Source: an uncultured delta proteobacterium | Lineage (GTDB): Bacteria > Myxococcota_A > Polyangia > Polyangiales > Polyangiaceae | DNA: 64,000 nucleotides | Assembly: GCA_963850305.1 (NCBI GenBank) | Contig: CAWKKR010000011.1 | Span: forward strand, 32,001 to 96,000 | Direction of reading: 5' to 3' | Part shown: piece after piece, positions 54,886 through 64,000 of the stretch | How positions within the stretch are numbered: position 1 is the first letter of the stretch | Layout: each line of letters starts with the position of its first letter | Translations under genes and position numbers: made by a program | Notes under the pieces: generated by a model | Told to the model about the DNA's origin: nothing | The model's database searches: none | Seen by the model: the letters and a program-made list of their open reading frames with translations, nothing else

Positions 54886-56991
54886 CTATTGTACCGGCGG
54901 TGGCAAAACGCCCTTTTTGACGGCGGCCGGGCAGCCGCGATCGACCCCGGTGGGGCCGTCCTCGGTCTTCACGACCTTGAACTCGACTCGGCGATTCTTG
55001 TCCCACGCGGCCATGTTGTGGCCCGGGTCGACCGGGCAATATTCACCATAGCCCTGAGAGACGAGACGCTGGCGTTCGACGCCCCGCTGGACCATGGCCT
55101 CCACGACCGAACGTGCCCGATCCTGGGTGAGCTTCAGGTTGAACTCATCGTTCGAACGCTCGTCCGCGTGTCCGGCGACTTCGACGACCAGAAACTCTGG
55201 ATGGTGCTTGAGGGTCGTGGAGACTGCATCGATGATCGGGAAGGACTCGGGGAGGATTTCTGCGCTCCCGGTCTGGAACAGCACCTTGTCCATGATGAGA
55301 ATGTCGCTGCCCTCGATGATGACTTTGCCCTTGTCGGGACACCCGTCCTCATCTTCGAAGCCGTTGTAGGTCTCCGGATCGTTCGGACACTTGTCCGAGA
55401 CATCGGGGATCTGGTCGTGATCGTTGTCGGGGTCGGGGCAACCGTCCGTATCCTCGAAGCCGTCCTTGTCCTCGGGGTCGTTCGGACACTGGTCGACCTT
55501 GTCCGGAATGCCGTCCTTGTCGTTGTCGGGATCCGGGCAGCCGTCCGTGTCCTCGAAGCCGTCGCGATCTTCGGGGTTGTCGGGACACTTGTCGTGAGAG
55601 TCGAGGATGCCGTCGCCGTCGCGATCGCCGTCGGACGTCTCGGGGCAACCATCCTGGTCCTCGTCGCCGTCGAAATCTTCGGGAATGTTCGGGCAGCGAT
55701 CCCTGACGTCGGGGATGCCGTCGTTGTCGTTGTCCGGATCGGGGCAGCCGTCCTCGTCCTTGAAACCGTCGAAATCCTCCGGCTCGTCAGGGCACTTGTC
55801 TTCGTCGTCCTTGTAACCGTCCCCGTCACGATCGCCGATCGAGGGCTCGAAAACGAACCCGAGCAAGAGCCGCACGTCCGCTGCCTCGAAGCCTGTACTG
55901 AAGGCGCGCGAGCCCGCACCCATCATGAGGTAGCTGTTGTTCTCCACGAAGAGCTTGATGCCGCCGACGATCTCTTCCGAAAGCTTCTGCGCGGAGTCGG
56001 AATTGGCGTCGAGCAGATACGTCCCATAGGTCTCGCCGACCAAATCCAGATCGTCGAGAGCGCGCCAGGCGAAGCCAGCCTGGAACGTCCCGAGATTGCC
56101 GTTTTCGAATGCGCCCTCCTTCAGCTCGTTCCGCCCGAACTGGTCCATGCCAAACTGCGCGTTCGAGCCCGTGTGCCCCCGAAAACCCACGTTCAGGCCG
56201 AGCTTGAATCGCCCCGTTGCGCCGAATCGCTTTTCGCCGATGAGCTGAGGCCAGAACCACGCGCCCGGATCCGCCCCGAGGTTGTTCTTCGCGCTCCCGA
56301 TGGGAACGCCTACCTGGATCAGGGCGGCGAGCCCGATCCCCTTCTCGACGCGCGTGAGGCGCACCTTGCCGTGGAGCGCGATGGTGCTGAACCCCTGCGT
56401 GTCGAGCTGTGCCGTGTTGTACTGCCCGCCCGTCGGCCCGACGTCGAAGGCCGGATCGCCCGACATGAGCACGACGGGCACCGTCAGGCCCACCACCGCG
56501 AGGTTCGCGATGCCGTAGTTGAAGCCGAACGTGCCTTGAAACGAGTCTTTCACGAGCGCATTGACGCCCGTGCCGCCCTTCTTCCCGTCGATGAACTTGC
56601 AGTTTTGATAACTGCAATTCACCTGCTCCATGATGGGCGTCCCATCGGCGGCGGTTTCGACCTTCCCAGTGGTCGGGTCGATCGTGGGCTGCGTCGTCTG
56701 GGGAACGGCGCTGTTGCTCGTGCGAAGGATGTTCCGGCCGTAATCGAGGATGAGTCCGAAGCTCGTGTCCCCCGCGCCGAGAATGTCGGACCCGTTGACG
56801 GAGAAGAACCCCTTCGAATCCACGGCGGGGCGAAACAGATGCGTGTCGGCACCCTGATTCACTCCGGACGGCGTTCGATCGGTATAACCCGTCAGCTGCT
56901 GCTGTGCGCCGGCGGTGGCTGACGCTGCGGCGATCGAAAGGGCGCACCCTGCCCCGTGAATCTTCGACCAGCGCCGCGACATCTTCGCCAT
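54886..56991 (-). CDS. Outer-membrane beta-barrel + 5 thrombospondin type-3-like repeats + OmpA domain (TraB-like architecture)
   Basis: Signal peptide; five DxDxDGxxDxxDxCP..PED.DG..D.DGCP units; OmpA motifs VEVAGHADER, NLKLTQDRA, NRRVEF. Confidence 0.9.
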   Translation of the reverse strand: MAKMSRRWSKIHGAGCALSIAAASATAGAQQQLTGYTDRTPSGVNQGADTHLFRPAVDSKGFFSVNGSDILGAGDTSFGLILDYGRNILRTSNSAVPQTTQPTIDPTTGKVETAADGTPIMEQVNCSYQNCKFIDGKKGGTGVNALVKDSFQGTFGFNYGIANLAVVGLTVPVVLMSGDPAFDVGPTGGQYNTAQLDTQGFSTIALHGKVRLTRVEKGIGLAALIQVGVPIGSAKNNLGADPGAWFWPQLIGEKRFGATGRFKLGLNVGFRGHTGSNAQFGMDQFGRNELKEGAFENGNLGTFQAGFAWRALDDLDLVGETYGTYLLDANSDSAQKLSEEIVGGIKLFVENNSYLMMGAGSRAFSTGFEAADVRLLLGFVFEPSIGDRDGDGYKDDEDKCPDEPEDFDGFKDEDGCPDPDNDNDGIPDVRDRCPNIPEDFDGDEDQDGCPETSDGDRDGDGILDSHDKCPDNPEDRDGFEDTDGCPDPDNDKDGIPDKVDQCPNDPEDKDGFEDTDGCPDPDNDHDQIPDVSDKCPNDPETYNGFEDEDGCPDKGKVIIEGSDILIMDKVLFQTGSAEILPESFPIIDAVSTTLKHHPEFLVVEVAGHADERSNDEFNLKLTQDRARSVVEAMVQRGVERQRLVSQGYGEYCPVDPGHNMAAWDKNRRVEFKVVKTEDGPTGVDRGCPAAVKKGVLPPPVQ

Positions 56992-57203
56992 CGGTGAAGC
57001 TCCCGTCTCGGAAATCCGCGAAAAGTACGGCCTTGTATAAGGTTTCACGGTATCACCCCCTAAAATCCCCTGTCAACGCGAGTTCCTTCTTCCTGAAGTG
57101 TCTCATGGAGGCGATCTCTTCCGAGACGGCCCAGCCACGCTTCTCGCTCCGCATCGACGACAGCATCTCGACGACGCCGTCGTCTCCGAAGAATCAACGA
57201 GGC

Positions 57204-57496
57204 GCGGAACTACGCGAGCGCAGCGAGCCCGCCGAAGGCGGCGGGGGAGCGGTCGCGAAGCGAGCCGCGGGGGTCAAGACCCCCTTGCGAGCGCGAGCCC
57301 GCCGAAGGCGGCGGGGGAGCGGTCGCGAAGCGAGCCGCGGGGGTCAAGACCCCCTTGCGAGCGCGAGCCCGCCGAAGGCGGCGGGGGAGCGGTCGCGAAG
57401 CGAGCCGCGGGGGTCAAGACCCCCTTGCGAGCGCGAGCCCGCCGAAGGCGGCGGGGGAGCGGTCGCGAAGCGAGCCGCGGGGGTCAAGACCCCCTT
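57204..57496. repeat. Tandem array of four 70-bp REP-like multi-hairpin units
   Basis: Unit gcgagcccgccgaaggcggcgggggagcggtcgcgaagcgagccgcgggggtcaagacccccttgcgagc repeated exactly from 57223 (last copy ends at cccctt), preceded by gcggaactacgcgagcgca. Confidence 0.95.
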
Positions 57497-57581
57497 TCCT
57501 AGTAGACTTCCTGGGCCGCTCGTGGGTTCTTCGGTGGGAGGTTCCGTGCCCGGAGGAGAAGTCCGTCTCCATTGCTCGACT

Positions 57582-58914
57582 GTGGGTCGCGCGCTGAGCC
57601 AGCGCGCGGTTCGATGGTGGGCAGGCTCGGCACTTTTGTGCCTGACGATGTTCCTGGCGGGGCCGGCGCGGGCGGATCCGGTCCCGACGCTCGAGGGACG
57701 ATGGTCGGCAACCCCACTCACCGTGCGCTGGATCATCGGAGAGTGGGGCCCTCCTTGCGGACCTCGACCGAGCGGAGGGGGCGAGGCCGGCGCGAGCGTC
57801 GTCGTCAGCCGCGCTGGAGCGGAGCTCCTCATCTCCGGCGGAGGACGCACGTACTCGACCGCACAATGCTGGGAGCAGTACCCGGGCATCGGGCGCGTGA
57901 GCCACTCGGCTTCGACCCGCGCTTGGAAGACGACGTGTCGGACGTCGACGGACGACCCACGGCAAGCGACGATCACCACGACGCTCACGGGAACGGACGA
58001 TTCGTTGTCCTTCTACGAGGCGGGGCAATACCAGTTCGTCATTCAAGGCCAGAACTGCACGGCCAGCGTCGGGCGCTACCGCACCTACTCGCTCGTCGAG
58101 CGCGCGGGAACACCTGAACCACCTCCGCCGCTCGCGGCGTCGACGCCGCCGGTCCAGCCGAAGGCTCCGCCCGTCGAAAAAGGCGCTGACTCGAGCCGGT
58201 GCGCGAGCCCCGGCCCCCCGGCGCGCCTCGAAGTGCGACCTGCGCGGAAGCTCATGCGAGCGGGTGACGATTTTCAGCTTCCGGGCGATCGTCTACGACG
58301 CCTCGGGGTGTCTCCTGTACGTGAAACCCGCGTGGGCAATCGACTCGGGCGCGGACCAGGTCGATCTGAATCCGAACGGCGACGCGCGAGTTCATCCCGA
58401 CGCGCCCGAAGGAGAAGTACGATTGACGGCCTCCGTCGGCGGGCGGTCCGCGCTCGTGACGATCGAGATCGCATCTTCTGCGCGCTACGACGCCCTGCTG
58501 AAGAGTGGTGCCTTCAACGCGGACGGCGAGGTGGACGAGGCGGCGTCGGTGGCAATTGCATCGCAGTCGATCGGTGCCGGCGACGCGGTCGCTGAAGACA
58601 CGGCGACCCGACGCAAGCACCTGTTCGTGGGGCTCGTCGTGATAATCGCGGCATTACTGGCCGCAGGCGCGGCACTGCTCTTCAGACAGGCGCGCGGCAA
58701 CGCCAGGACGAAGGCGGCCGAAGACGCGGCGCGGCGCGCAAGATTCTCTCCGCCCGAGCCACCGGCCGCGGTCCCTTTGGATCCCCCGGTCGAACCCGAG
58801 CCCGCCGCCCCACGGCCGAACCCGAAGACCATCTGCCCGATCTGCGGCAAACAATACGCGGCGGAAGCGCGTTTCTGCGGCTCCGATGGCGCGACCCTTC
58901 TGCCCTTGAATTGA
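57582..58914 (+). CDS. Secreted/membrane protein with Ig-like region, TM helix and C-terminal zinc ribbon; one-base frameshift at 58271-58274
   Basis: Signal peptide ...LAGPARA; removing one T from GATTTTCAGC joins AGDD to FSFRAIVYD; C-terminal CPICGKQY...FCGSDGATL. Confidence 0.75.
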
Positions 58915-59007
58915 CGGCCCTGGCGGTGATGACCTCGATCGACTTACGTAGCCAGGGTTTTTAGAGTTGGGACCAGCTTTTCGCGCTACCCTCGGGCGCA
59001 CGCTGAC

Positions 59008-60918
59008 ATGATTGTCGACTGCCACTCCTGCGGCGCCACTTACAACATCTCCGACGATAAGGTCCGCGGCCGTCGTGTCCGGGTCCGCTGCAAGAGCTGC
59101 GGGGAGGGCATCATCGTCGATGGCGCGCAGCTGGCGGCCGAAGACGCGACGCGCGTCTACTCGCCGAACTTCGAGCCCGCGGCATATGGCGGGACCAGGG
59201 AAAACGACGAATCGACGCGGGTGATGTCCGCGCCGAGCGATCTGCACCGGCTGGCCCCAGACGCGGGCGACGAGTGGACGGTGAACCTGAGCGAAACGGA
59301 GCAGCGCACCATGAGCACCGAAGAGCTCGTGCGCGGATATCACGGCGGATCCATCGGGGACGACGCGTTCGTGTGGCGCGACGGCATGTCCGACTGGCTG
59401 CCGGTCCTGGACGTTCCCGAGTTGCGCTCGGCGGTGGAGGCGTCGGAAGCGACACGAGTCGTGAGTCCGGCGGCTGCGGTGCGCGCGCCGCTCGGCAGGG
59501 GCGGAACCGGCTCGCTCCCGGCACCGCCAATTCCACCGCCACCGGTCAAGGTGACGCCGCCCCCGCCCGCGCCGCAGGCCGTTGCCTACTCGGCACCCGC
59601 AGCGCCACCGCGCGCGGCCCAGTGGTCGCCGGCTGCCGAGGCTACCGTCGAATACGTCGCTGCTCGTCCGCCGCCCGCGCCTTCGGCATTCGCCCCCCAG
59701 GCGAGACCCGCCCCGGCCGCGCGCGCAGCACCGCCGGCTCGGGTTCGAGAGGGGCGTCAGCGCGGGCCGGATCTCTTCGGCGGCGGCAGGGACGCGGCCG
59801 GGGAGGACGCTCTGCTGAACAGCTCGTCGATGCCGCTCGCGCAGTACGAAGAAAAACCCATCGGAGCGAGAAACGAGAACTCGGTCCTGTTCTCGCTCGA
59901 CACCCTGAAGGCGGGAGCCAGACGCGGACCGTCGACCGTTCCACCTCGCTTTCCACAGGCTTCGGCCCCCACCGCAGCCGACATTTTGGGACTCAGTGCC
60001 GGGGGAGCGTTACCGGGCATGGACACCGGCGCCGCCCTCTTGAGCGCCCCCGCCGTCGAAGCGCCCGTGCCCGTTTTTGCACCCGAACCGCAGTCGAGAA
60101 GCCGTATGGACACGACGCCTCCGACGTCGCGCGGAAAGATTCCGCTGGTCGTCGTCGGGCTGGTTGTCCTCGGTGCGTGCGCGGTCGCAGGCGGTGCGTT
60201 CATGATGTTCGAGGCGCGGCAGCAGTCAGCTTCGCCGGCCGCGAGCGTGTCTCGAACGACCGCAACCACGGAACCGAATGCACTTCCGAGTGCCGCGGTT
60301 CCGCCCGCCCCCGTGGCGACTCAAGCGGCACCGGCGAGCCCCGTGGCGACGGTCCAGGCCGCGCCCGAACCCGCACGCGTCGCGCCCGAACCAGTGGAAG
60401 CACGCCCCGCACCCGTGGAGCCGGCGCCGGGCCGTCCGACGGCCCCGAGCGGCGCGAGAGACGAACGCTCGGCGGAGCAAGCGAAGATCGAGGCCATGAA
60501 AGAGGCCCTTCGAGCCAACGCTGGACCGAAGCCCGACAAGGCAGACACCACCGCGCCGCAAAAACTCGTCCTGGCGGAAGACAACTCGAGCCCGGGCACT
60601 GGCGGGAGCGACACACCGGCCGCGCCCCCGGACGAACCCCCGAAGCCCCCCTTCGACACGAGCGCCGCGAGAGCCGCCCTCGACGCCGCGGCGTCGAACG
60701 CCGCCTCTTGCAAGAAGGACGATGGCCCGACCGGTCGCGGCAAGGTGCAAATCACTTTCTCGCCGAGCGGTCGAGCGACGAGCGCGACCGTCGTGGAGGG
60801 GCCCTTTGGTGGAACGGCGACGGGAGGCTGTGTCGCCCGGACCTTCCGAGCCGCGCACGTCCCCGCGTTCAGCGGCGACGCGGTGACCGTTTCGAAGAGC
60901 TTCACGATCCCGGAGTGA
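59008..60918 (+). CDS. AgmX/GltJ-like protein: zinc ribbon + GYF_2 + Pro-rich linker + TM + TonB_C-like domain
   Basis: CHSC..Y.I.D.K..GR.VRVRCKSC; FVWRDGMSDW; GARNENSVLFSL; C-terminal GKVQITFSPSG...GCV. Confidence 0.85.
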   Translation: MIVDCHSCGATYNISDDKVRGRRVRVRCKSCGEGIIVDGAQLAAEDATRVYSPNFEPAAYGGTRENDESTRVMSAPSDLHRLAPDAGDEWTVNLSETEQRTMSTEELVRGYHGGSIGDDAFVWRDGMSDWLPVLDVPELRSAVEASEATRVVSPAAAVRAPLGRGGTGSLPAPPIPPPPVKVTPPPPAPQAVAYSAPAAPPRAAQWSPAAEATVEYVAARPPPAPSAFAPQARPAPAARAAPPARVREGRQRGPDLFGGGRDAAGEDALLNSSSMPLAQYEEKPIGARNENSVLFSLDTLKAGARRGPSTVPPRFPQASAPTAADILGLSAGGALPGMDTGAALLSAPAVEAPVPVFAPEPQSRSRMDTTPPTSRGKIPLVVVGLVVLGACAVAGGAFMMFEARQQSASPAASVSRTTATTEPNALPSAAVPPAPVATQAAPASPVATVQAAPEPARVAPEPVEARPAPVEPAPGRPTAPSGARDERSAEQAKIEAMKEALRANAGPKPDKADTTAPQKLVLAEDNSSPGTGGSDTPAAPPDEPPKPPFDTSAARAALDAAASNAASCKKDDGPTGRGKVQITFSPSGRATSATVVEGPFGGTATGGCVARTFRAAHVPAFSGDAVTVSKSFTIPE

Positions 60919-60996
60919 CCACAGCGGGCGCGTGTTCCGGCGATACCCGCGCGCTTACGGCCTCGTGCCGCAAAGATTGCCGCTCGGCACCGAAGC

Positions 60997-62085
60997 GTGG
61001 CGTCCCCGCGACGCAAGCACAGCGGGCCAGCAGCGGCTCTCGTCGCTGCACGGCCGCCGCACGCAATGGCCCGCGTCGTGCTTGGCCGATCGCCCATGCA
61101 AGCAACATCGGTAGCAGAAACCAGGTCCACGGCGTCTCCCCTCGAGCGTGGACCCGCGTTCAGACCTTACGCGGAGGCGCTCCGCCATCTGAGCGTCGCG
61201 TCCGTGAAGAAGAACTTCGACGCTTACGCGGACATCGCCTGGGAGACGCCGAGCTTTTCCATCGACTCCACGGACGAGCGCTGGGCCTATCACAACGTCA
61301 CCGACGATCCGCTCGTGGAGACGGATTGGTACGCGACCCTCGACTCGGAAACGAGGTCCGCTCTCGGACTTCACGTGATGGCAAACTTCGCCAAGATCGG
61401 AATCGGGTTCGAATCGATTCTCCAGCGCGGGCTCATCGCGTACGCAGCCGAGCTCCCGAACGGCGCTCCTGAATTTCGGTACGCCTATCACGAGATCGTC
61501 GAGGAGGGTCAGCATAGCTTGATGTTCCAGGAGTTCGTCAATCGGTCACGGGTGGACGCCGCCGGCCTGCCGGGATGGTTCCGGCACGGGGCGCGGGCGG
61601 TCATCGAGCTTGCGACGCGATTTCCGGAGCTGTTCTTCATGTACGTTCTCGGCGGCGAAGAACCGATTGACTACGTGCAGCGACGCAGCCTTCGCGAAAA
61701 GGAACGATTGCCACCGTTGCTCCGGCGCATCTCGGAGATCCACGTCACGGAAGAGGCGCGGCACATTTCGTTCGCGCGGACGTACCTGCGGGAGCGCGTA
61801 CCGTCGCTCCCGGCCCATCGAAAACTGGCGCTGGCACTGACGACTCCCGCGTTGCTCGGCCAGATGACACCACTGATGATCCGTCCGTCCGAGGCCACGG
61901 TCCGAAGGTTCGCGATCCCCGAAGAAGCGTGGAGCGACGCCTACGACGACAACCCCGACTATTCGGCTAGACTGACGGCTGCGACGGACAAAATCCGCGT
62001 TCTCTGCGCGGAACTCGACCTCGTCCCGCGAGCCGCGCGCATTCTCTGGAAGCGCTTCGGCATGTGGCCGGCCGCGGATTGCTGA
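60997..62085 (+). CDS. AurF-family diiron oxygenase (start uncertain)
   Basis: HEIVEEGQHSLMF, GEEPID and IHVTEEARH diiron motifs. Confidence 0.9.
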   Translation: MASPRRKHSGPAAALVAARPPHAMARVVLGRSPMQATSVAETRSTASPLERGPAFRPYAEALRHLSVASVKKNFDAYADIAWETPSFSIDSTDERWAYHNVTDDPLVETDWYATLDSETRSALGLHVMANFAKIGIGFESILQRGLIAYAAELPNGAPEFRYAYHEIVEEGQHSLMFQEFVNRSRVDAAGLPGWFRHGARAVIELATRFPELFFMYVLGGEEPIDYVQRRSLREKERLPPLLRRISEIHVTEEARHISFARTYLRERVPSLPAHRKLALALTTPALLGQMTPLMIRPSEATVRRFAIPEEAWSDAYDDNPDYSARLTAATDKIRVLCAELDLVPRAARILWKRFGMWPAADC

Positions 62086-62099
62086 CGCGGTCCGAGCGG

Positions 62100-62615
62100 T
62101 CAGAAAGTCAGATCGGCGTTGATGCCCGGGGCGATGAACTTCAGCGCGCCGCCATCCCCTACACTGACGTGGTCGTAGGCGACGTGAGCGCCGATATTCA
62201 ACATCGGAAGGGCCGTGAAGTCGAGGGACAGGCCCGCGTCGTAGCTGAACCCCCAGTGATGACCGACGATCGGAAACACCGTATCGCCTTCGCCGACGTG
62301 CACGAACACGCCAGGGCGCAGCACTTCGCCGATTGAAAGACGACCACCGGCTTTGAGGTTGTAGAGCTTCACGCTATCGCCGAGGCCGTAATACGAGAAG
62401 CCGACCTCGGGGGTCAGGACGACGAGGGGCAAATGGAGCTCCTTTCCCACACGAATGCCGAAGCCCCATCCGCTCGACGGAGCGCCGGAGCCGACCGGGA
62501 ATGCGAGGTCCAGATCCCCGCCGATGTTTGCGCTCGCCAGCCTGGGCATCAAGAACACGCCCGCCGCGATGACGGATGCCGTGACGAGTGAACCGACCCT
62601 TTGATTCAAGTTCAT
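62100..62615 (-). CDS. Small outer-membrane beta-barrel protein
   Basis: Signal peptide, amphipathic beta strands, C-terminal Phe. Confidence 0.78.
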   Translation of the reverse strand: MNLNQRVGSLVTASVIAAGVFLMPRLASANIGGDLDLAFPVGSGAPSSGWGFGIRVGKELHLPLVVLTPEVGFSYYGLGDSVKLYNLKAGGRLSIGEVLRPGVFVHVGEGDTVFPIVGHHWGFSYDAGLSLDFTALPMLNIGAHVAYDHVSVGDGGALKFIAPGINADLTF

Positions 62616-62639
62616 TGGTTTCTTCTCTTTCGGCGGGGC

Positions 62640-62810
62640 TCATGCCGCGCCCCCTCGGCCGAGGCCGAGCAGCAGCACTATAGCCGCAACAATCAGGAAA
62701 CCAACGAATAGCATTTTCGTGAAACTCGCCGCCGCACCCGCATGCCCCCCGTATCCCAAAAATCCCGCGACTATTGCGATGGCGAAGAAAATCAACGACC
62801 AACGGAGCAT
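62640..62810 (-). CDS. DUF1328 (UPF0391) small membrane protein, 56 aa
   Basis: Hand-translated MLRWSLIFFAIAIVAGFLGYGGHAGAAASFTKMLFVGFLIVAAIVLLLGLGRGGAA; AAGGAGG RBS; too short for the ORF track. Confidence 0.88.
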   Translation of the reverse strand: MLRWSLIFFAIAIVAGFLGYGGHAGAAASFTKMLFVGFLIVAAIVLLLGLGRGGAA

Positions 62811-62901
62811 GCGGGCACCTCCTTTTGCGAAAACTGCGCGACGGCGCGTCGAGCTAGGACGAGCAAGGTCCGTGCCTCCTCGGCCACTTTCGAACCGAGA
62901 T

Positions 62902-64000
62902 TCAGGCGTTCCGCAGGCGTTCGGCGAGACGGGTTAGCCGGTCTTCGCGACGCGTCTCGGCCAGCGCGACCTTGATGGCTCGCGGGTCAGCGACCAGAAC
63001 ACAAAGCTTCTTCGCGCGCGTCACGGCAGTGTAAACCAGGTTCCGCGACAGCATGACGAAGTGGGCCGTGAGGATCGGCACGACGACCGCCGAATACTCG
63101 CTCCCCTGACTCTTGTGGATGCTGGTCGCGTACGCGAGGATCAAGAGATCCAGCTGGACGTCCTCGTATGGGACCTCGCGACCCTCGAAACGCACGATGA
63201 GCCGTTCTTCCTTCGGCTCGACCGCGGTTATGACGCCGAGATCGCCGTTGTACACCTCGCGCTCGTAGTCGTTTCTGGTCTGCATCACCTTGTCGCCGAC
63301 CCTGTAGGTGACGCCGCGGCGCACGAGGGACGGGCCCTCTGGATTCAACGCGACCTGCAGCGCGGCGTTCAGCGCTTGCGTGCCCGCCGGACCGCGGTGC
63401 ATCGGCGTGAGAACCTGCACGTCGTCCCGCGGATGCAGACCGAACCGGCGTGGGATTCGCTGACTGACGAGTTCGACCACGGTGCGAGCCGCTTCGTCCG
63501 CCTCCGTGCGCTGTACGATGAAAAAGTCGGCGTTCGGGTCGTCCGCGGCGGCGCTCTCCGGGGCGCGCCCGTGCAGCATGGCGTGAGCGTTCGATACGAT
63601 CCGGCTCGCGCTCGCTTGCCGGAAGATGCGCTCGAGCCGCACCGTCGGGACGGCGCCGCTGTCGATCACGTCGCGCAGCACCGCGCCCGGACCCACTGAC
63701 GGAAGCTGATCGACGTCGCCGACGATGACCAGACGCGCCGCTGACGAGAGCGCCACGAGGAGGGCGCGGGCGAGCTCGACGTCGACCATCGACGCTTCGT
63801 CGACGATCAGCGCGTCGGCGCCGAGGGGATGCTCGGCATCGCGCGTGAACTTCCGGAGGCGCGGATCGTAGTCGAGCAGCCGGTGAAGCGTGGACGCGGG
63901 CTTGCCCGTCGCTTCCGACATTCGCTTCGCGGCGCGTCCCGTGGGCGCCGCCAGGCGTACGTCGAGCCGCGCGCGTTCGAAGACGCTCAGGATCGCCCGC
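62902..64000 (-). CDS. recD2: ATP-dependent RecD2-like helicase (5' part outside window)
   Basis: DEASMVD, GDVDQLPSVGPG, GDKVMQTRNDY, YATSIHKSQGSEY and YTAVTRAK motifs. Confidence 0.93.
   Translation of the reverse strand, partial: RAILSVFERARLDVRLAAPTGRAAKRMSEATGKPASTLHRLLDYDPRLRKFTRDAEHPLGADALIVDEASMVDVELARALLVALSSAARLVIVGDVDQLPSVGPGAVLRDVIDSGAVPTVRLERIFRQASASRIVSNAHAMLHGRAPESAAADDPNADFFIVQRTEADEAARTVVELVSQRIPRRFGLHPRDDVQVLTPMHRGPAGTQALNAALQVALNPEGPSLVRRGVTYRVGDKVMQTRNDYEREVYNGDLGVITAVEPKEERLIVRFEGREVPYEDVQLDLLILAYATSIHKSQGSEYSAVVVPILTAHFVMLSRNLVYTAVTRAKKLCVLVADPRAIKVALAETRREDRLTRLAERLRNA

Noticed and set aside
57223..57496. CRISPR array
   Set aside because: Units are contiguous identical 70-mers with no unique spacers, and no cas genes are present.
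56904..57581. N-terminal extension of the 563-aa ORF through the repeat array
   Set aside because: It only translates the REP-like units and overlaps a divergent gene; a signal peptide begins at GTG 57582.
60997..62085. Secondary-metabolite cluster around the AurF-like oxygenase
   Set aside because: No PKS, NRPS, carrier-protein or aminobenzoate genes are adjacent; stand-alone AurF-like genes are common.

Overview
GC-rich bacterial chromosomal segment that is almost certainly from a myxobacterium (Myxococcota, probably Polyangiales). Markers are a MYXO-CTERM sorting tail, an AgmX/GltJ-like zinc-ribbon/GYF protein, a TraB-like TSP3-OmpA protein and giant Cys-rich surface proteins. Housekeeping genes include leuA (with a complete Leu-leader attenuator), a siroheme sulfite/nitrite reductase, proS, a Cys/Met PLP enzyme, cls, a short KdpD/KdpE pair, gloA, an IcmA-type acyl-CoA mutase, an ABC-F ATPase and partial recD2. 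Accessory highlights: (1) an IS110 element inserted at a stop codon, whose left non-coding end carries short copies of its own left-target and left-donor junctions (bridge-RNA-like guides), with an exact empty 14-bp copy of the reconstituted target 40 kb away; (2) a REP-like multi-hairpin repeat family at three loci, including a 4 x 70-bp array; (3) a two-gene operon of vWA/MYXO-CTERM and FGE/CLec-like surface proteins full of CDGxDNDCDG repeats; (4) a ~1976-aa lipoprotein with ~27 ETDVDCGG repeats broken by one in-frame TGA; (5) a HemD fused to a degenerate NirB-like domain, and a degenerate Fic-like protein. Three genes each carry a single extra base in a short T run, which looks like sequencing/consensus error. 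No rRNA, tRNA or CRISPR array was seen. All family assignments come from motif recognition by eye, not from database searches.
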